Assembly (NCBI GenBank): GCA_963556905.1
Contig: CAUWAY010000004.1
Span: 1,150 to 65,149 of the forward strand
From: an uncultured Clostridia bacterium
Lineage (GTDB): Bacteria > Bacillota > Clostridia > TANB77 > CAG-508
Direction: 5' to 3'
DNA: 64,000 bases
Of the stretch, positions 22,505 to 31,372 are shown piece after piece. The notes below the pieces were generated by a model. It searched no databases and had not been told where the DNA came from. It saw only the letters and a list, made by a program, of their open reading frames with translations. Position 1 is the stretch's first letter. The number at the start of each line of letters is the position of its first letter. The position numbers were made by a program, and so were the translations under genes.

Positions 22505-23293
22505 ATGACGGTAAAAAAAGCAACAGGACGAATGAGTAAACAAAGAGAAATAGAAATGAAAAAGAGAAAAAGACGAAAAAGAAGGCTAATAATATTACTC
22601 ATAATAATTGCAATAATTGGAATATATGCATATTTATTAAATGCAGACATATTTAAAATAAAAGATATAGAAATAATAGGAAATAAACAATTAAGGCAAG
22701 AACAAATATATGAACAATTAGGAGTAAAACTAGGAGAAAGTATATTTTCAAATTTTAACATAGTAACAAAAGTAAGATTAAAACAAAATAGATATATAGA
22801 AGATGTAAAAATAACAAAAAAATATCCTAACAAATTATTAGTAGAAATAAAAGAAAGAGAAAATAAATATCAAATTCAAACAGAAACAGGATTATATATA
22901 TATATAGACTGCCAGGGATATATAACAAATTGTGCAACAGAAAAATTAGATTTAATAACAATAATTGGAATGAATATTACAGAAAACGATTTAGAAAATA
23001 AGAACAGGTTAGAAGATGAAGATTTAACAGTTAAACTTGAAAATATATTACAAATAGAAAAAGAAATGCAAGAAATAGAAATATTTGAAAAAATAACAGA
23101 AATTCAAGTAAAAGACAATTACATAATAAGTTTAGAAAATGGAATTACAATAAATCTAGGAAATGCCACAGACTTAAAAAGCAGAATGTATTATGTAAAA
23201 GCAATATTAAATAAAGAAACAGGTAATACTGGAACAATAAATGTAAATGGAAACTTAAATGAGGGATTTAGTCCATATTTTACATCAAACTAA
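22505..23293 (+). CDS. ftsQ: Cell division protein FtsQ/DivIB
   Basis: Basic N-terminus, one TM segment, POTRA-like KIKDIEIIGNKQL. Position is upstream of ftsA. Confidence 0.8.
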   Translation: MTVKKATGRMSKQREIEMKKRKRRKRRLIILLIIIAIIGIYAYLLNADIFKIKDIEIIGNKQLRQEQIYEQLGVKLGESIFSNFNIVTKVRLKQNRYIEDVKITKKYPNKLLVEIKERENKYQIQTETGLYIYIDCQGYITNCATEKLDLITIIGMNITENDLENKNRLEDEDLTVKLENILQIEKEMQEIEIFEKITEIQVKDNYIISLENGITINLGNATDLKSRMYYVKAILNKETGNTGTINVNGNLNEGFSPYFTSN

Positions 23294-23332
23294 AAATTCC
23301 AAAATAACAATTATAAAGAATTGGAGGAAAAG

Positions 23333-24049
23333 ATGACAGACAAAAAATTAATTAGTTTAATATTAGGATGTATGTGTATATTATTAACAGCAGGAATAGC
23401 AATACAAGTAAGAACAATAAGTGGAATAGGAACAACAACAGGTAGAAATGAAACAGAAAATGAATTAAAAGATGCAATACTAAAAACAAAAGAAAAATAT
23501 GATAACCTTTATACAGCATTAGAAAGAGCAGAAGCAAAATTAGAAGAAGAAAGAACAAATGCAACTCAAAACAATAGTGAATTAGCAAAGTTAGAAGAAG
23601 AAGTAAAAGAAGCAAACAAAAAACTAGGATTAACAGAAGTGACAGGAAATGGAGTAATAATAAAACTAAATGATAGTTTGACACCAAACATTAGCCTAGA
23701 CCCAAATGAAGCGCTAATTCATTATGAAGATATATTAATGGTAATAAATGAACTAAAAAATGCAGGAGCTGAAGCAATATCTATAAATGGACAAAGAATA
23801 GTTCCAAATACAGTAATAAAATGTGATGGAACTGTAATAAAAGTAAATGGTCAAAAAATAGGAACACCATTTATAATACATGCAATAGGAATGCAAGAAA
23901 CATTAGCACAAGTAAATAGATATAATGGATATTTGTGGACTCTAAAATATGATTACTTATTAGATGTAGGATATGAAAGAACTAAAAAGCCAATAACAAT
24001 ACCAAAATATGCAGGAACAATAAAATCAAAATATACTAAAAGCAATTAA
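23333..24049 (+). CDS. DUF881 protein (YlxW/YlxX-like)
   Basis: TM segment, coiled coil, then LGLTEVTGNGVIIKLND...VINELKNAGAEAISINGQRI. ATG 23333 follows GGAGG. Confidence 0.8.
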   Translation: MTDKKLISLILGCMCILLTAGIAIQVRTISGIGTTTGRNETENELKDAILKTKEKYDNLYTALERAEAKLEEERTNATQNNSELAKLEEEVKEANKKLGLTEVTGNGVIIKLNDSLTPNISLDPNEALIHYEDILMVINELKNAGAEAISINGQRIVPNTVIKCDGTVIKVNGQKIGTPFIIHAIGMQETLAQVNRYNGYLWTLKYDYLLDVGYERTKKPITIPKYAGTIKSKYTKSN

Positions 24050-24077
24050 TACTAATTAGGAAGGAAGATATAAAAAC

Positions 24078-24812
24078 ATGAAAACAAAAATAAATAGAAC
24101 TAAAATAGTAATGTCTATTACAATTGGAATAGCATGTTTTGCGTTAATGCTAGTAATGTTTATGCAATTTAAAGTAGTAAAACAAACAGATATAACATCA
24201 ATAGAAACCATGAGAGAATCAGACTTAAGAGCAGAATTATCAGACTGGAAGACAAAATACAGTGAATTATCAGAAAGATATGAAGATGTAATAGCAAAAA
24301 TATCAGAATACCAAAATGAAAGAATATCAGATGAAAAAACGGCACAACTACTACAAAATGAATTAGAACAATTAAATACAGCATTAGGCTTAACAGATGT
24401 AGAAGGAGAAGGAATAATAATAAATCTGCAAGACAAAGGTGGAGAAATGATGCCAGATGATGAAGGATATATAATATCAATTTCAGAAACAGATTTATTA
24501 GTTATAATAAATGAATTATTTGATGTAGGAGCAGAAGCAATATCAATAAATGGTAATAGGATAGTAGCCATGTCTGATATATTCAAAATAGGCGGGAAAT
24601 ATTTACAAGTAAATAGTCAACCAATAAGAGCACCTTATGAGATAAAAGTTATAGGAGATCCAACTTATTTAGAAAGTGCAGTATATAATAAAGATGGAAG
24701 AATAACTCAACTTCAAGATTCAGGACATGTAGTAGAAATTCAGACAGTAAAAAATAAAAAAATGATTATAGAAAAATATAATGGAACAATAAGTACAAAA
24801 TATATGAATTAA
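24078..24812 (+). CDS. DUF881 protein, second paralogue
   Basis: LGLTDVEGEGIIINLQD...IINELFDVGAEAISINGNRI. Same architecture as the preceding gene. Confidence 0.8.
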   Translation: MKTKINRTKIVMSITIGIACFALMLVMFMQFKVVKQTDITSIETMRESDLRAELSDWKTKYSELSERYEDVIAKISEYQNERISDEKTAQLLQNELEQLNTALGLTDVEGEGIIINLQDKGGEMMPDDEGYIISISETDLLVIINELFDVGAEAISINGNRIVAMSDIFKIGGKYLQVNSQPIRAPYEIKVIGDPTYLESAVYNKDGRITQLQDSGHVVEIQTVKNKKMIIEKYNGTISTKYMN

Positions 24813-24865
24813 ATATAAACAATAGATAATAATTTATAAAAAATAAACATGATAGGAGAAAAATT

Positions 24866-25243
24866 ATGATAGTTATAGCAATAATAATAGGTTGTGTTAT
24901 AGGAGCTTTAATAGGAATAAATGCTCCAATAATACCATATACATATTCAACATTTTTAGCAATAGCAGTAATAGCAGCATTAGACTCTGTATTTGGAGGA
25001 ATAAGATCAGTATTAAAGAAAAATTTTGATTTAGTCGTATTTATATCAGGATTTTTTTGCAACAGTATTTTATCAATTGCTTTAACATACTTAGGACAAA
25101 AACTAAACATAGATATATATTTAGCAGCATTAGTAGTATTTGTAGGAAGAATGTTTACAAATTTAACAATAATAAGATTACATTACATTGATAAATGGAA
25201 AGAAAAAAAGTCAATAAAAGAGGAAAATCAAAAACAAACTTAA
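24866..25243 (+). CDS. sbp: Small basic protein Sbp (DUF1290)
   Basis: AIAVIAALDSVFGGIRS...VFISGFFCN, collinear with B. subtilis Sbp as I recall it. Conserved position before ftsA. Confidence 0.8.
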   Translation: MIVIAIIIGCVIGALIGINAPIIPYTYSTFLAIAVIAALDSVFGGIRSVLKKNFDLVVFISGFFCNSILSIALTYLGQKLNIDIYLAALVVFVGRMFTNLTIIRLHYIDKWKEKKSIKEENQKQT

Positions 25244-25300
25244 AGCAAAATTTAAGTTAATAAAATCATTATTTAGGCAATAGAAAAAATCAAAAAGAAT

Positions 25301-25345
25301 ATTACAAAAATATTACAATTATTACAAAAATGTTTCAAAAATATT
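25301..25345 (+). repeat. Phased A-tract repeats (~10-bp period) upstream of the ftsA promoter
   Basis: ATTACAAAAAT / ATTACAATT / ATTACAAAAAT / GTTTCAAAAAT / ATTTC, read directly from the sequence. Confidence 0.6.
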
Positions 25346-25355
25346 TCGATTTGTA

Positions 25356-25384
25356 TTGACTTTTTTTGAAAAATGTAATATATA
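25356..25384 (+). promoter_or_regulatory. Candidate sigma-A promoter of ftsA-ftsZ
   Basis: TTGACT (25356-25361), 17-nt spacer, TATATA (25379-25384). Confidence 0.45.
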
Positions 25385-25491
25385 TAACACTAGAAGAAAA
25401 ACAAAGCAAAAAAATCGCAAATGTTCTATAAGATATGTAATATTATGCATAAATAGTAGAAAGAAAAACATAAACAAATGGAGGAATTATC

Positions 25492-26721
25492 TTGGCAATA
25501 GGTGATATCATAGTTGGTATTGATATAGGTACATCTAAAGTATGCACAGTTGTTGGAGAAGTAAACAACTTTGGTCAAATAGAAACTATATGTAGTTCAT
25601 CTTGTAAATGTAGCGGACTAAAAAAAGGTAAAATAATAAATGAAGAAGAAATTAGCTTAAGTATAGCCAAAACAATTAAAGACTCAGAAGAAGAAGCAAA
25701 TTTCAAAATAAATTCAGCATATGTGACAATACCAGGCAAGTATGTTACAATAGTCCAAAACAGCATATTAAAAGAATTAAAAGACAAGTTTGCGGGAATA
25801 TCATTAAGAGATGTTCAAAATGCAATTATGCAGGCTAAAGACATAGAAATACCAGAAGGGAAAACAATAATAGACATAGTACCATCAGAAATAATACTTG
25901 ATAACGGAAAAATTGTAACAGACCCAGTAGGCAATTTAAGTTCAAGTTTTACACTAAAAGCACAAGTACTATTAGCTAACAAAGATTATGTTAGGCAATT
26001 AACATCTATCTTCAAAAGAGTTGGAATAGAAATAGATGGAATAGTACCAACAGCATTAGCTGAAAGAAATTTAATGTTAGATACTAATGAATTATATGAC
26101 AATGTAATGTTATTAGACATAGGAGCAGGAAACACAGAAATAGGAATATTTGAAGGAAACAAATTCACATATACAAACACAATTCCTTTAGGAGGAGAAA
26201 ACATTACAAATGACATTTCATTAGTATTAAATATTTCAGAAGAAGAAGCGGAAAAATTAAAAAAACAATATGGACTAGCATTAAAATCATTCATAGACAA
26301 TGACAATGAGATAATGTTAAATACATGTAGAGATGAGAGTAGAAATAAAGTTATAAAGAGTTCTGAATTAATTGAAATTATAGAAGCAAGAATTGAAGAA
26401 ATATTTAGTCTAATAAACAAAGATATAACAAACCAAAATGTTAAACAAAATATAAACACTGTAGTTCTAACAGGAAGAGGTATATCTAGTATAAATAAAA
26501 GTGATGTAGCAGGAAAAATAAACTTAAACATACCTGTAAAAATGTCAACAGGAAGACTAATAAGTACAGTAAAAGCAGAATTTAGAACAAGTTATTCTCT
26601 TGTAAGATATATTGCAGCAAGACCATTTGCAAAAACAGTATCAAGTAAAATAGATACACAACCAAATGAAAGCGTATTTAAAGTAATAATGGAAAGAATA
26701 AAAGAATTCTTTTATTCATAA
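25492..26721 (+). CDS. ftsA: Cell division protein FtsA
   Basis: TTG start 7 nt after GGAGG. IVGIDIGTSKV, LDIGAGNTEI (actin-fold phosphate motifs). Confidence 0.9.
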   Translation: MAIGDIIVGIDIGTSKVCTVVGEVNNFGQIETICSSSCKCSGLKKGKIINEEEISLSIAKTIKDSEEEANFKINSAYVTIPGKYVTIVQNSILKELKDKFAGISLRDVQNAIMQAKDIEIPEGKTIIDIVPSEIILDNGKIVTDPVGNLSSSFTLKAQVLLANKDYVRQLTSIFKRVGIEIDGIVPTALAERNLMLDTNELYDNVMLLDIGAGNTEIGIFEGNKFTYTNTIPLGGENITNDISLVLNISEEEAEKLKKQYGLALKSFIDNDNEIMLNTCRDESRNKVIKSSELIEIIEARIEEIFSLINKDITNQNVKQNINTVVLTGRGISSINKSDVAGKINLNIPVKMSTGRLISTVKAEFRTSYSLVRYIAARPFAKTVSSKIDTQPNESVFKVIMERIKEFFYS

Positions 26722-26811
26722 AAATAGTGCTTTGACAAAATAGCTGTTACAAAAAACAGCAAATAAAAAATTTATAATATAAATATATAGTTTTATGGGG
26801 AGGAAATCTTT

Positions 26812-27924
26812 ATGATGGAATGTGAAGACGTAACAATGATAGATGGAGCAGCTACAATAAAAGTTATAGGTGTAGGTGGAGCCGGAAATAATGCAGTAAA
26901 TCGAATGATAGAAGCAGGAATAAAAGGAGTAGACTTTATTGCTGTAAATACAGATAGACAAGCATTACAAAAATCAAAAGCAAGTACAAAAATTCAAATA
27001 GGCGAAAAAATAACAAGAGGACTTGGAGCAGGAGCAAATCCCGATATCGGAGCACAATCAGCAGAAGAAAACAAATCTGAAATTGCAGAAACATTAAGAG
27101 GAGCAGATATGGTATTTGTCACAGCAGGTATGGGTGGAGGAACAGGTACTGGAGCTGCACCAATAGTTGCACAAGCTGCAAAAGAAATGGGAATACTAAC
27201 AATAGGAGTTGTAACAAAACCATTTACATTTGAAGGTAAAAAAAGACTTTCACAAGCAGAAAGAGGAATTGAAAGTTTAAAAGGAAAAGTAGATTCACTA
27301 GTTGTAATACCAAATGACAAACTATTACAAATAATTGATAGAAAAACTTCAATAAATGAAGCATTTAGAATGGCAGATGATGTATTAAGACAAGGTGTTC
27401 AAGGAATATCAGATTTAATAGCAGTAACAGGAACAGTAAACCTAGACTTTGCTGATGTAAAAACAATAATGTTAAATACAGGTATGGCACATATGGGAAT
27501 AGGTAGAGCTTCAGGAGAAAATAGAGCAGAAGATGCTGCAAAACAAGCAGTACAAAGTCCATTACTAGAAACTTCAATAGAAGGAGCAAGAGGAGTTATT
27601 ATAAATATAACAGGAGGAGAAGACTTAGGATTACATGAAGTAAATACAGCAGCTGAATTAGTTCAACGTAGTGTAGACCCAGAAGCAAATATTATATTTG
27701 GTACAGTCACAGACCCAGAGATGAAAGACGAAATACAAATTACAGTTATTGCTACTGGATTTGAAAAACCAGAAGCTAGAGTAGCAGCTAATGTAGATAG
27801 CTTTGTTAATAAACAATGGGAGAAAAAAATAAATTCAATTCCATCATCAACAGACATGAATTCTTCTTCAGGAGATTTAGATATACCAGCATTTTTACGT
27901 AAAAACAAAAATAAAAACATGTAA
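26812..27924 (+). CDS. ftsZ: Cell division GTPase FtsZ
   Basis: [33 protein letters not shown]. Confidence 0.95.
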   Translation: MMECEDVTMIDGAATIKVIGVGGAGNNAVNRMIEAGIKGVDFIAVNTDRQALQKSKASTKIQIGEKITRGLGAGANPDIGAQSAEENKSEIAETLRGADMVFVTAGMGGGTGTGAAPIVAQAAKEMGILTIGVVTKPFTFEGKKRLSQAERGIESLKGKVDSLVVIPNDKLLQIIDRKTSINEAFRMADDVLRQGVQGISDLIAVTGTVNLDFADVKTIMLNTGMAHMGIGRASGENRAEDAAKQAVQSPLLETSIEGARGVIINITGGEDLGLHEVNTAAELVQRSVDPEANIIFGTVTDPEMKDEIQITVIATGFEKPEARVAANVDSFVNKQWEKKINSIPSSTDMNSSSGDLDIPAFLRKNKNKNM

Positions 27925-27931
27925 AAAAAAA

Positions 27932-27971
27932 ATACCGGTTCTTAATAAAAATTAAGACCGGTATTTTTTTA
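27932..27971 (+). terminator. Rho-independent terminator after ftsZ
   Basis: ATACCGGTTCTTAAT-aaaa-ATTAAGACCGGTAT followed by a T7 run. Confidence 0.85.
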
Positions 27972-28071
27972 TTTAAAATTTATTTCTCTTTAAGGTAATA
28001 AATGACAATATTTTTATAAGAAAAGTTATATAATAAAAAGGACATCTTAAAAAGAAAGAAGGCAACACAAA

Positions 28072-28959
28072 ATGACAATTTATATAGATGTAATCTTTTT
28101 TGAAAATCTTATAATGAATAGCATAATTTTATATGCAACATCAATAATATTAAAAGTAAAAATAAAAAAAATAAGATTAATATTATCTAGTGTTATAGGA
28201 GCAATTTATTCTATAATTTTATATATATCTGAAATGCAATTATATAATTCCATAATATCAAAAATAATATTATCAATAATTATGGTATATGTAGCATTTA
28301 ACTCACAAAATCTAAAAAAGCTATTTAAACAAATTGTAATATTTTATTTAACATCATTTGTATTTGGGGGAGTAGCTCTTTATTTTATTAATTTTATAAA
28401 CCCACAAGATATTTTCATAAAAAATGGAATAATTGCAAGTCAATATATTTTGCAAGCAATATTATTAGGTGCAATAGTAGCATTTATAGTTATTAAAATT
28501 TCATTTAAAATTATAAAAACTAAAATTAATCCTAGAGACATGTATTGCAATGTAAAAATCAAATTAAATGGAAAATCAGTAAAAGCAAAAGCAATGATAG
28601 ATACAGGAAACCTTGTAAAAGAACCTATTACAAAAACACCAGTTATTATTGTAGAAAGAAGCTTATTATATGATATTTTGCCAAAAGAAATTTTGAACAA
28701 CTTAGAAAATATATTAAGTGGAAATTTGGATGAAATACCAAAAGAAATTCAAGAAAATTATATTTCAAAACTAAAATGTATACCATTTTCGTCTTTAGGA
28801 AAGCAAAATGGCATGTTAGTTGGTATTAGAGCAGAGCAAATAGAAATAGAAAAAGAAGATGAAAACAAAAATTCAAATGATGTTATAATAGGAATATATG
28901 ACAAATCTTTAACTAAGAAAGGAGAATATAGAGCACTAATAGGAATGGAATTAATTTAA
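28072..28959 (+). CDS. spoIIGA: Sigma-E processing aspartic peptidase SpoIIGA
   Basis: IYIDVIFFENLIMNSIILYAT multi-TM N-terminal domain and C-terminal AMIDTGNLVKEP (DTG active site). Confidence 0.85.
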   Translation: MTIYIDVIFFENLIMNSIILYATSIILKVKIKKIRLILSSVIGAIYSIILYISEMQLYNSIISKIILSIIMVYVAFNSQNLKKLFKQIVIFYLTSFVFGGVALYFINFINPQDIFIKNGIIASQYILQAILLGAIVAFIVIKISFKIIKTKINPRDMYCNVKIKLNGKSVKAKAMIDTGNLVKEPITKTPVIIVERSLLYDILPKEILNNLENILSGNLDEIPKEIQENYISKLKCIPFSSLGKQNGMLVGIRAEQIEIEKEDENKNSNDVIIGIYDKSLTKKGEYRALIGMELI

Positions 28960-29043
28960 AAACACAAGTTCGCAAAATCAGTCAAGAGTAAGCGAACTGA
29001 CGTTTTAGAAAATAAAAATTTTTCAAGAATTTTACAAAAAGGC

Positions 29044-29072
29044 TTGCAAAATAATCATAAATGTATTATTAT
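29044..29072 (+). promoter_or_regulatory. Sigma-A type promoter of mraZ (Pmra)
   Basis: TTGCAA (29044-29049), 17-nt spacer, TATTAT (29067-29072). Confidence 0.6.
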
Positions 29073-29081
29073 TGATTCAAG

Positions 29082-29119
29082 GTGGAGAAAAGTGGAGCAA
29101 AGTGGTAAAAAAGTGGAGA
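29082..29119 (+). promoter_or_regulatory. Direct GTGG repeats, candidate MraZ operator
   Basis: GTGGAG at 29082, 29092 and 29113 and GTGGTA at 29102. Spacing is 10, 10 and 11 nt, between the -10 and the mraZ start. Confidence 0.65.
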
Positions 29120-29132
29120 GGAGGAAATTCAA

Positions 29133-29558
29133 TTGTTAATAGGTGAATATGAACATTCTCTAGATGTTAAAGGAAGATTAATAATGCCAGCAAAATTAAG
29201 ACAAGACATTGGAGAAACATTTATAATAACAAAAGGTTTAGATGGATGTTTATTTGTATTTTCACAAAATGAATGGTTGAATTTTGAAACAAAATTAAAA
29301 TCCCTTCCATTATCAGACAAAAATGCAAGAAACTTTGTAAGATTTTTCTTATCAGGTGCAACAGAATGTGAAATAGACAAACAAGGAAGATTTCTTATTC
29401 CAGTAAATTTAAGAGAAGCTGCAAAACTAGAAAAAGATGCTGTAATTGTAGGAGTAGGAACTAGACTAGAAATTTGGGATAAAACAACTTGGGAGAAATG
29501 TGATGAAAATATATCAGCAGATGAAATTGCAGAAAATATGACTATGTTAGGTATATAA
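29133..29558 (+). CDS. mraZ: Transcriptional regulator MraZ
   Basis: TTG start after [30 protein letters not shown] and a second DKQGRFLIP (duplicated SpoVT-AbrB-like repeats). Confidence 0.9.
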   Translation: MLIGEYEHSLDVKGRLIMPAKLRQDIGETFIITKGLDGCLFVFSQNEWLNFETKLKSLPLSDKNARNFVRFFLSGATECEIDKQGRFLIPVNLREAAKLEKDAVIVGVGTRLEIWDKTTWEKCDENISADEIAENMTMLGI

Positions 29559-29645
29559 CTTGAAAAAGTTTATATAAATTAATTTTTATTAAATTGTCAC
29601 TAAATAGGACAATTACTAAAGATTAGTAGTACTAAAGAAAAAAAT

Positions 29646-29738
29646 ACAAAAGAAATCAAACAAAAGAAAAGAATAAAGATACAAAAGATGAAAAAACAAA
29701 AGATAAAATTACAAAAGAATATTCAAAAAAACAAAAGA
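29646..29738 (+). repeat. Six dispersed copies of ACAAAAGA in the mraZ-rsmH spacer
   Basis: Exact octamers at 29646, 29660, 29681, 29696, 29711 and 29731. Confidence 0.7.
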
Positions 29739-29832
29739 TAAAAATATAAAGATAAATTCCAAAGAAAAGAATTATCAAAAATTAAGAGTAAGCAAAAAAT
29801 AAACAGCTTTATAATAAAAATGAGGTGAAAAG

Positions 29833-30762
29833 TTGGAATTTAATCATAAGCCAGTATTATTGGAAGAAACAATAAAAGGATTAAATATAAAATCAAATGG
29901 AATATATGTAGACGGAACTTTAGGAGGAGCAGGTCATAGTAAAGAAATACTAAAAAAGCTATCTTCTAAAGGTTTACTCGTTGGAATAGATAGAGATGAA
30001 GAAGCACTAAAAGCAGCAAAAGAGAATTTAAAAGAATTTCAAAATGTAAAATATATACATGGAAATCATGATGAAATAGAAGAAATATTAGAAAACTTAC
30101 ATATAGAAAAAGTAGATGGAATTTTATTAGATTTAGGTGTATCATCATACCAATTAGATGAAAGAAATAGAGGATTTAGCTATTTAGGAAATAATCAATT
30201 AGACATGAGAATGGACAAAAATCAACCTTTAACGGCGAAAAAAGTCGTAAATTCATATTCAGAAGAACAATTAGCAAATCTCATTTATGAATATGGAGAA
30301 GAAAGATTTTCAAGGCAAATAGCTAAAAATATATGCATATCAAGAAAAGAAAAAGAAATTGAAACAACTGAGGAACTTGTAAAAATAATAGAAAAATCAA
30401 TTCCAGCATTTGCTAAAAAAGATGGTCATCCAGCAAAAAGAACATTTCAAGCAATACGAATAGAAGTAAATAATGAAATAAAGCCATTATATGATACAGT
30501 AAAAAAATGTATAAAACTTTTAAAAAGTGAAGGAAGACTATGTATAATAACATTCCACTCATTAGAAGACAGAGCAGTAAAAAATGCATATATTGATGCA
30601 CAAGGAAAATGTACATGCCCCAAAGATTTACCATATTGTATATGTGGTGCGAAATGTGAAGGAAAAATTATAAATAAAAAGCCAATAATATCAACAAAAG
30701 AAGAACAAGAAGAAAATTCAAGGTCTAGAAGTGCAAAACTAAGAATTTTTGAAAAAATTTAA
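29833..30762 (+). CDS. rsmH: 16S rRNA m4C1402 methyltransferase RsmH
   Basis: TTG start after [47 protein letters not shown]. Confidence 0.9.
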   Translation: MEFNHKPVLLEETIKGLNIKSNGIYVDGTLGGAGHSKEILKKLSSKGLLVGIDRDEEALKAAKENLKEFQNVKYIHGNHDEIEEILENLHIEKVDGILLDLGVSSYQLDERNRGFSYLGNNQLDMRMDKNQPLTAKKVVNSYSEEQLANLIYEYGEERFSRQIAKNICISRKEKEIETTEELVKIIEKSIPAFAKKDGHPAKRTFQAIRIEVNNEIKPLYDTVKKCIKLLKSEGRLCIITFHSLEDRAVKNAYIDAQGKCTCPKDLPYCICGAKCEGKIINKKPIISTKEEQEENSRSRSAKLRIFEKI

Positions 30763-30812
30763 AATAAAAAATTTATTATTTTAAATAAAAAAACATAGGA
30801 GGTGAGTAATAT

Positions 30813-31334
30813 ATGCCAAGAAATTTATATCAATACGAAACAAGCCCAAGAAAATATGAACCAGAATATACACCTAAAAGAACAAATAGAGAAAATGTAG
30901 AAAAGAGACAAATTTCTAAAAATAAGAAAACAAAAACAAGATATCAAACAGTAAAAAATAAAAAAACGCAAGAAAAGAAAAAACAAGCAAAACAAATTAT
31001 AATAGTTGCTATAATATTTGGTATGTTACTCGCAGTAAGTTATAGAGAAATTTCAATTATGGAAATGTTTAACCAAAAGAAAAAAATGGAAAACAATTTA
31101 GCAGTTATTGAAAAAGAAAATGGGCAAGTAGAAAAAAGTATTAGAGAAGTAGAGAGTACTTTAGACTGGAATAAAATAAGACAAGTTGCAACAGAAGAAT
31201 TAGGAATGAAGACAAAAAGTGTTTTGCCAATAGAGTTAGAAAAATCAGATAATGTAGAGACAGAAAACAAATTAATAAAAGAAGAAAAAACGAATTGGTT
31301 AGAAGAAATTATAAAAAAAATATTTATAAGATAA
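30813..31334 (+). CDS. ftsL: Cell division protein FtsL (septum formation initiator family)
   Basis: Lys-rich cytoplasmic N-terminus, single TM segment, coiled-coil ectodomain. Conserved position after rsmH. Confidence 0.7.
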   Translation: MPRNLYQYETSPRKYEPEYTPKRTNRENVEKRQISKNKKTKTRYQTVKNKKTQEKKKQAKQIIIVAIIFGMLLAVSYREISIMEMFNQKKKMENNLAVIEKENGQVEKSIREVESTLDWNKIRQVATEELGMKTKSVLPIELEKSDNVETENKLIKEEKTNWLEEIIKKIFIR

Positions 31335-31340
31335 ATTTAA

Positions 31341-31372
31341 AATAAAGGATATTTTTAATATCCTTTATTTTT
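31341..31372. terminator. Bidirectional terminator between convergent ftsL and the HD-GYP gene
   Basis: AATAAAGGATAT-tttta-ATATCCTTTATT flanked by A and T runs. Confidence 0.8.

Noticed and set aside
22372-22833. 153-aa minus-strand ORF spanning the ftsQ start region.
   Set aside because: It overlaps the well-supported ftsQ gene and its promoter region, is a hydrophobic shadow ORF and has no SD.
28968-29005. Hairpin AGTTCGC...GCGAACT after spoIIGA as a terminator.
   Set aside because: The stem is 7 bp, the loop is 18 nt and the T tract is poor (GACGTTTTAG). That is too weak to call as a feature, although some termination or RNA processing here is possible.
29640-29790. CRISPR-like array or Lys-rich micro-ORF in the mraZ-rsmH spacer.
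   Set aside because: The repeats are only 8 nt long with irregular 6-13 nt gaps, which is far from CRISPR geometry. The only ATG-initiated frame is 17 codons (MKKQKIKLQKNIQKNKR) with no SD. It is reported instead as an unexplained repeat region.
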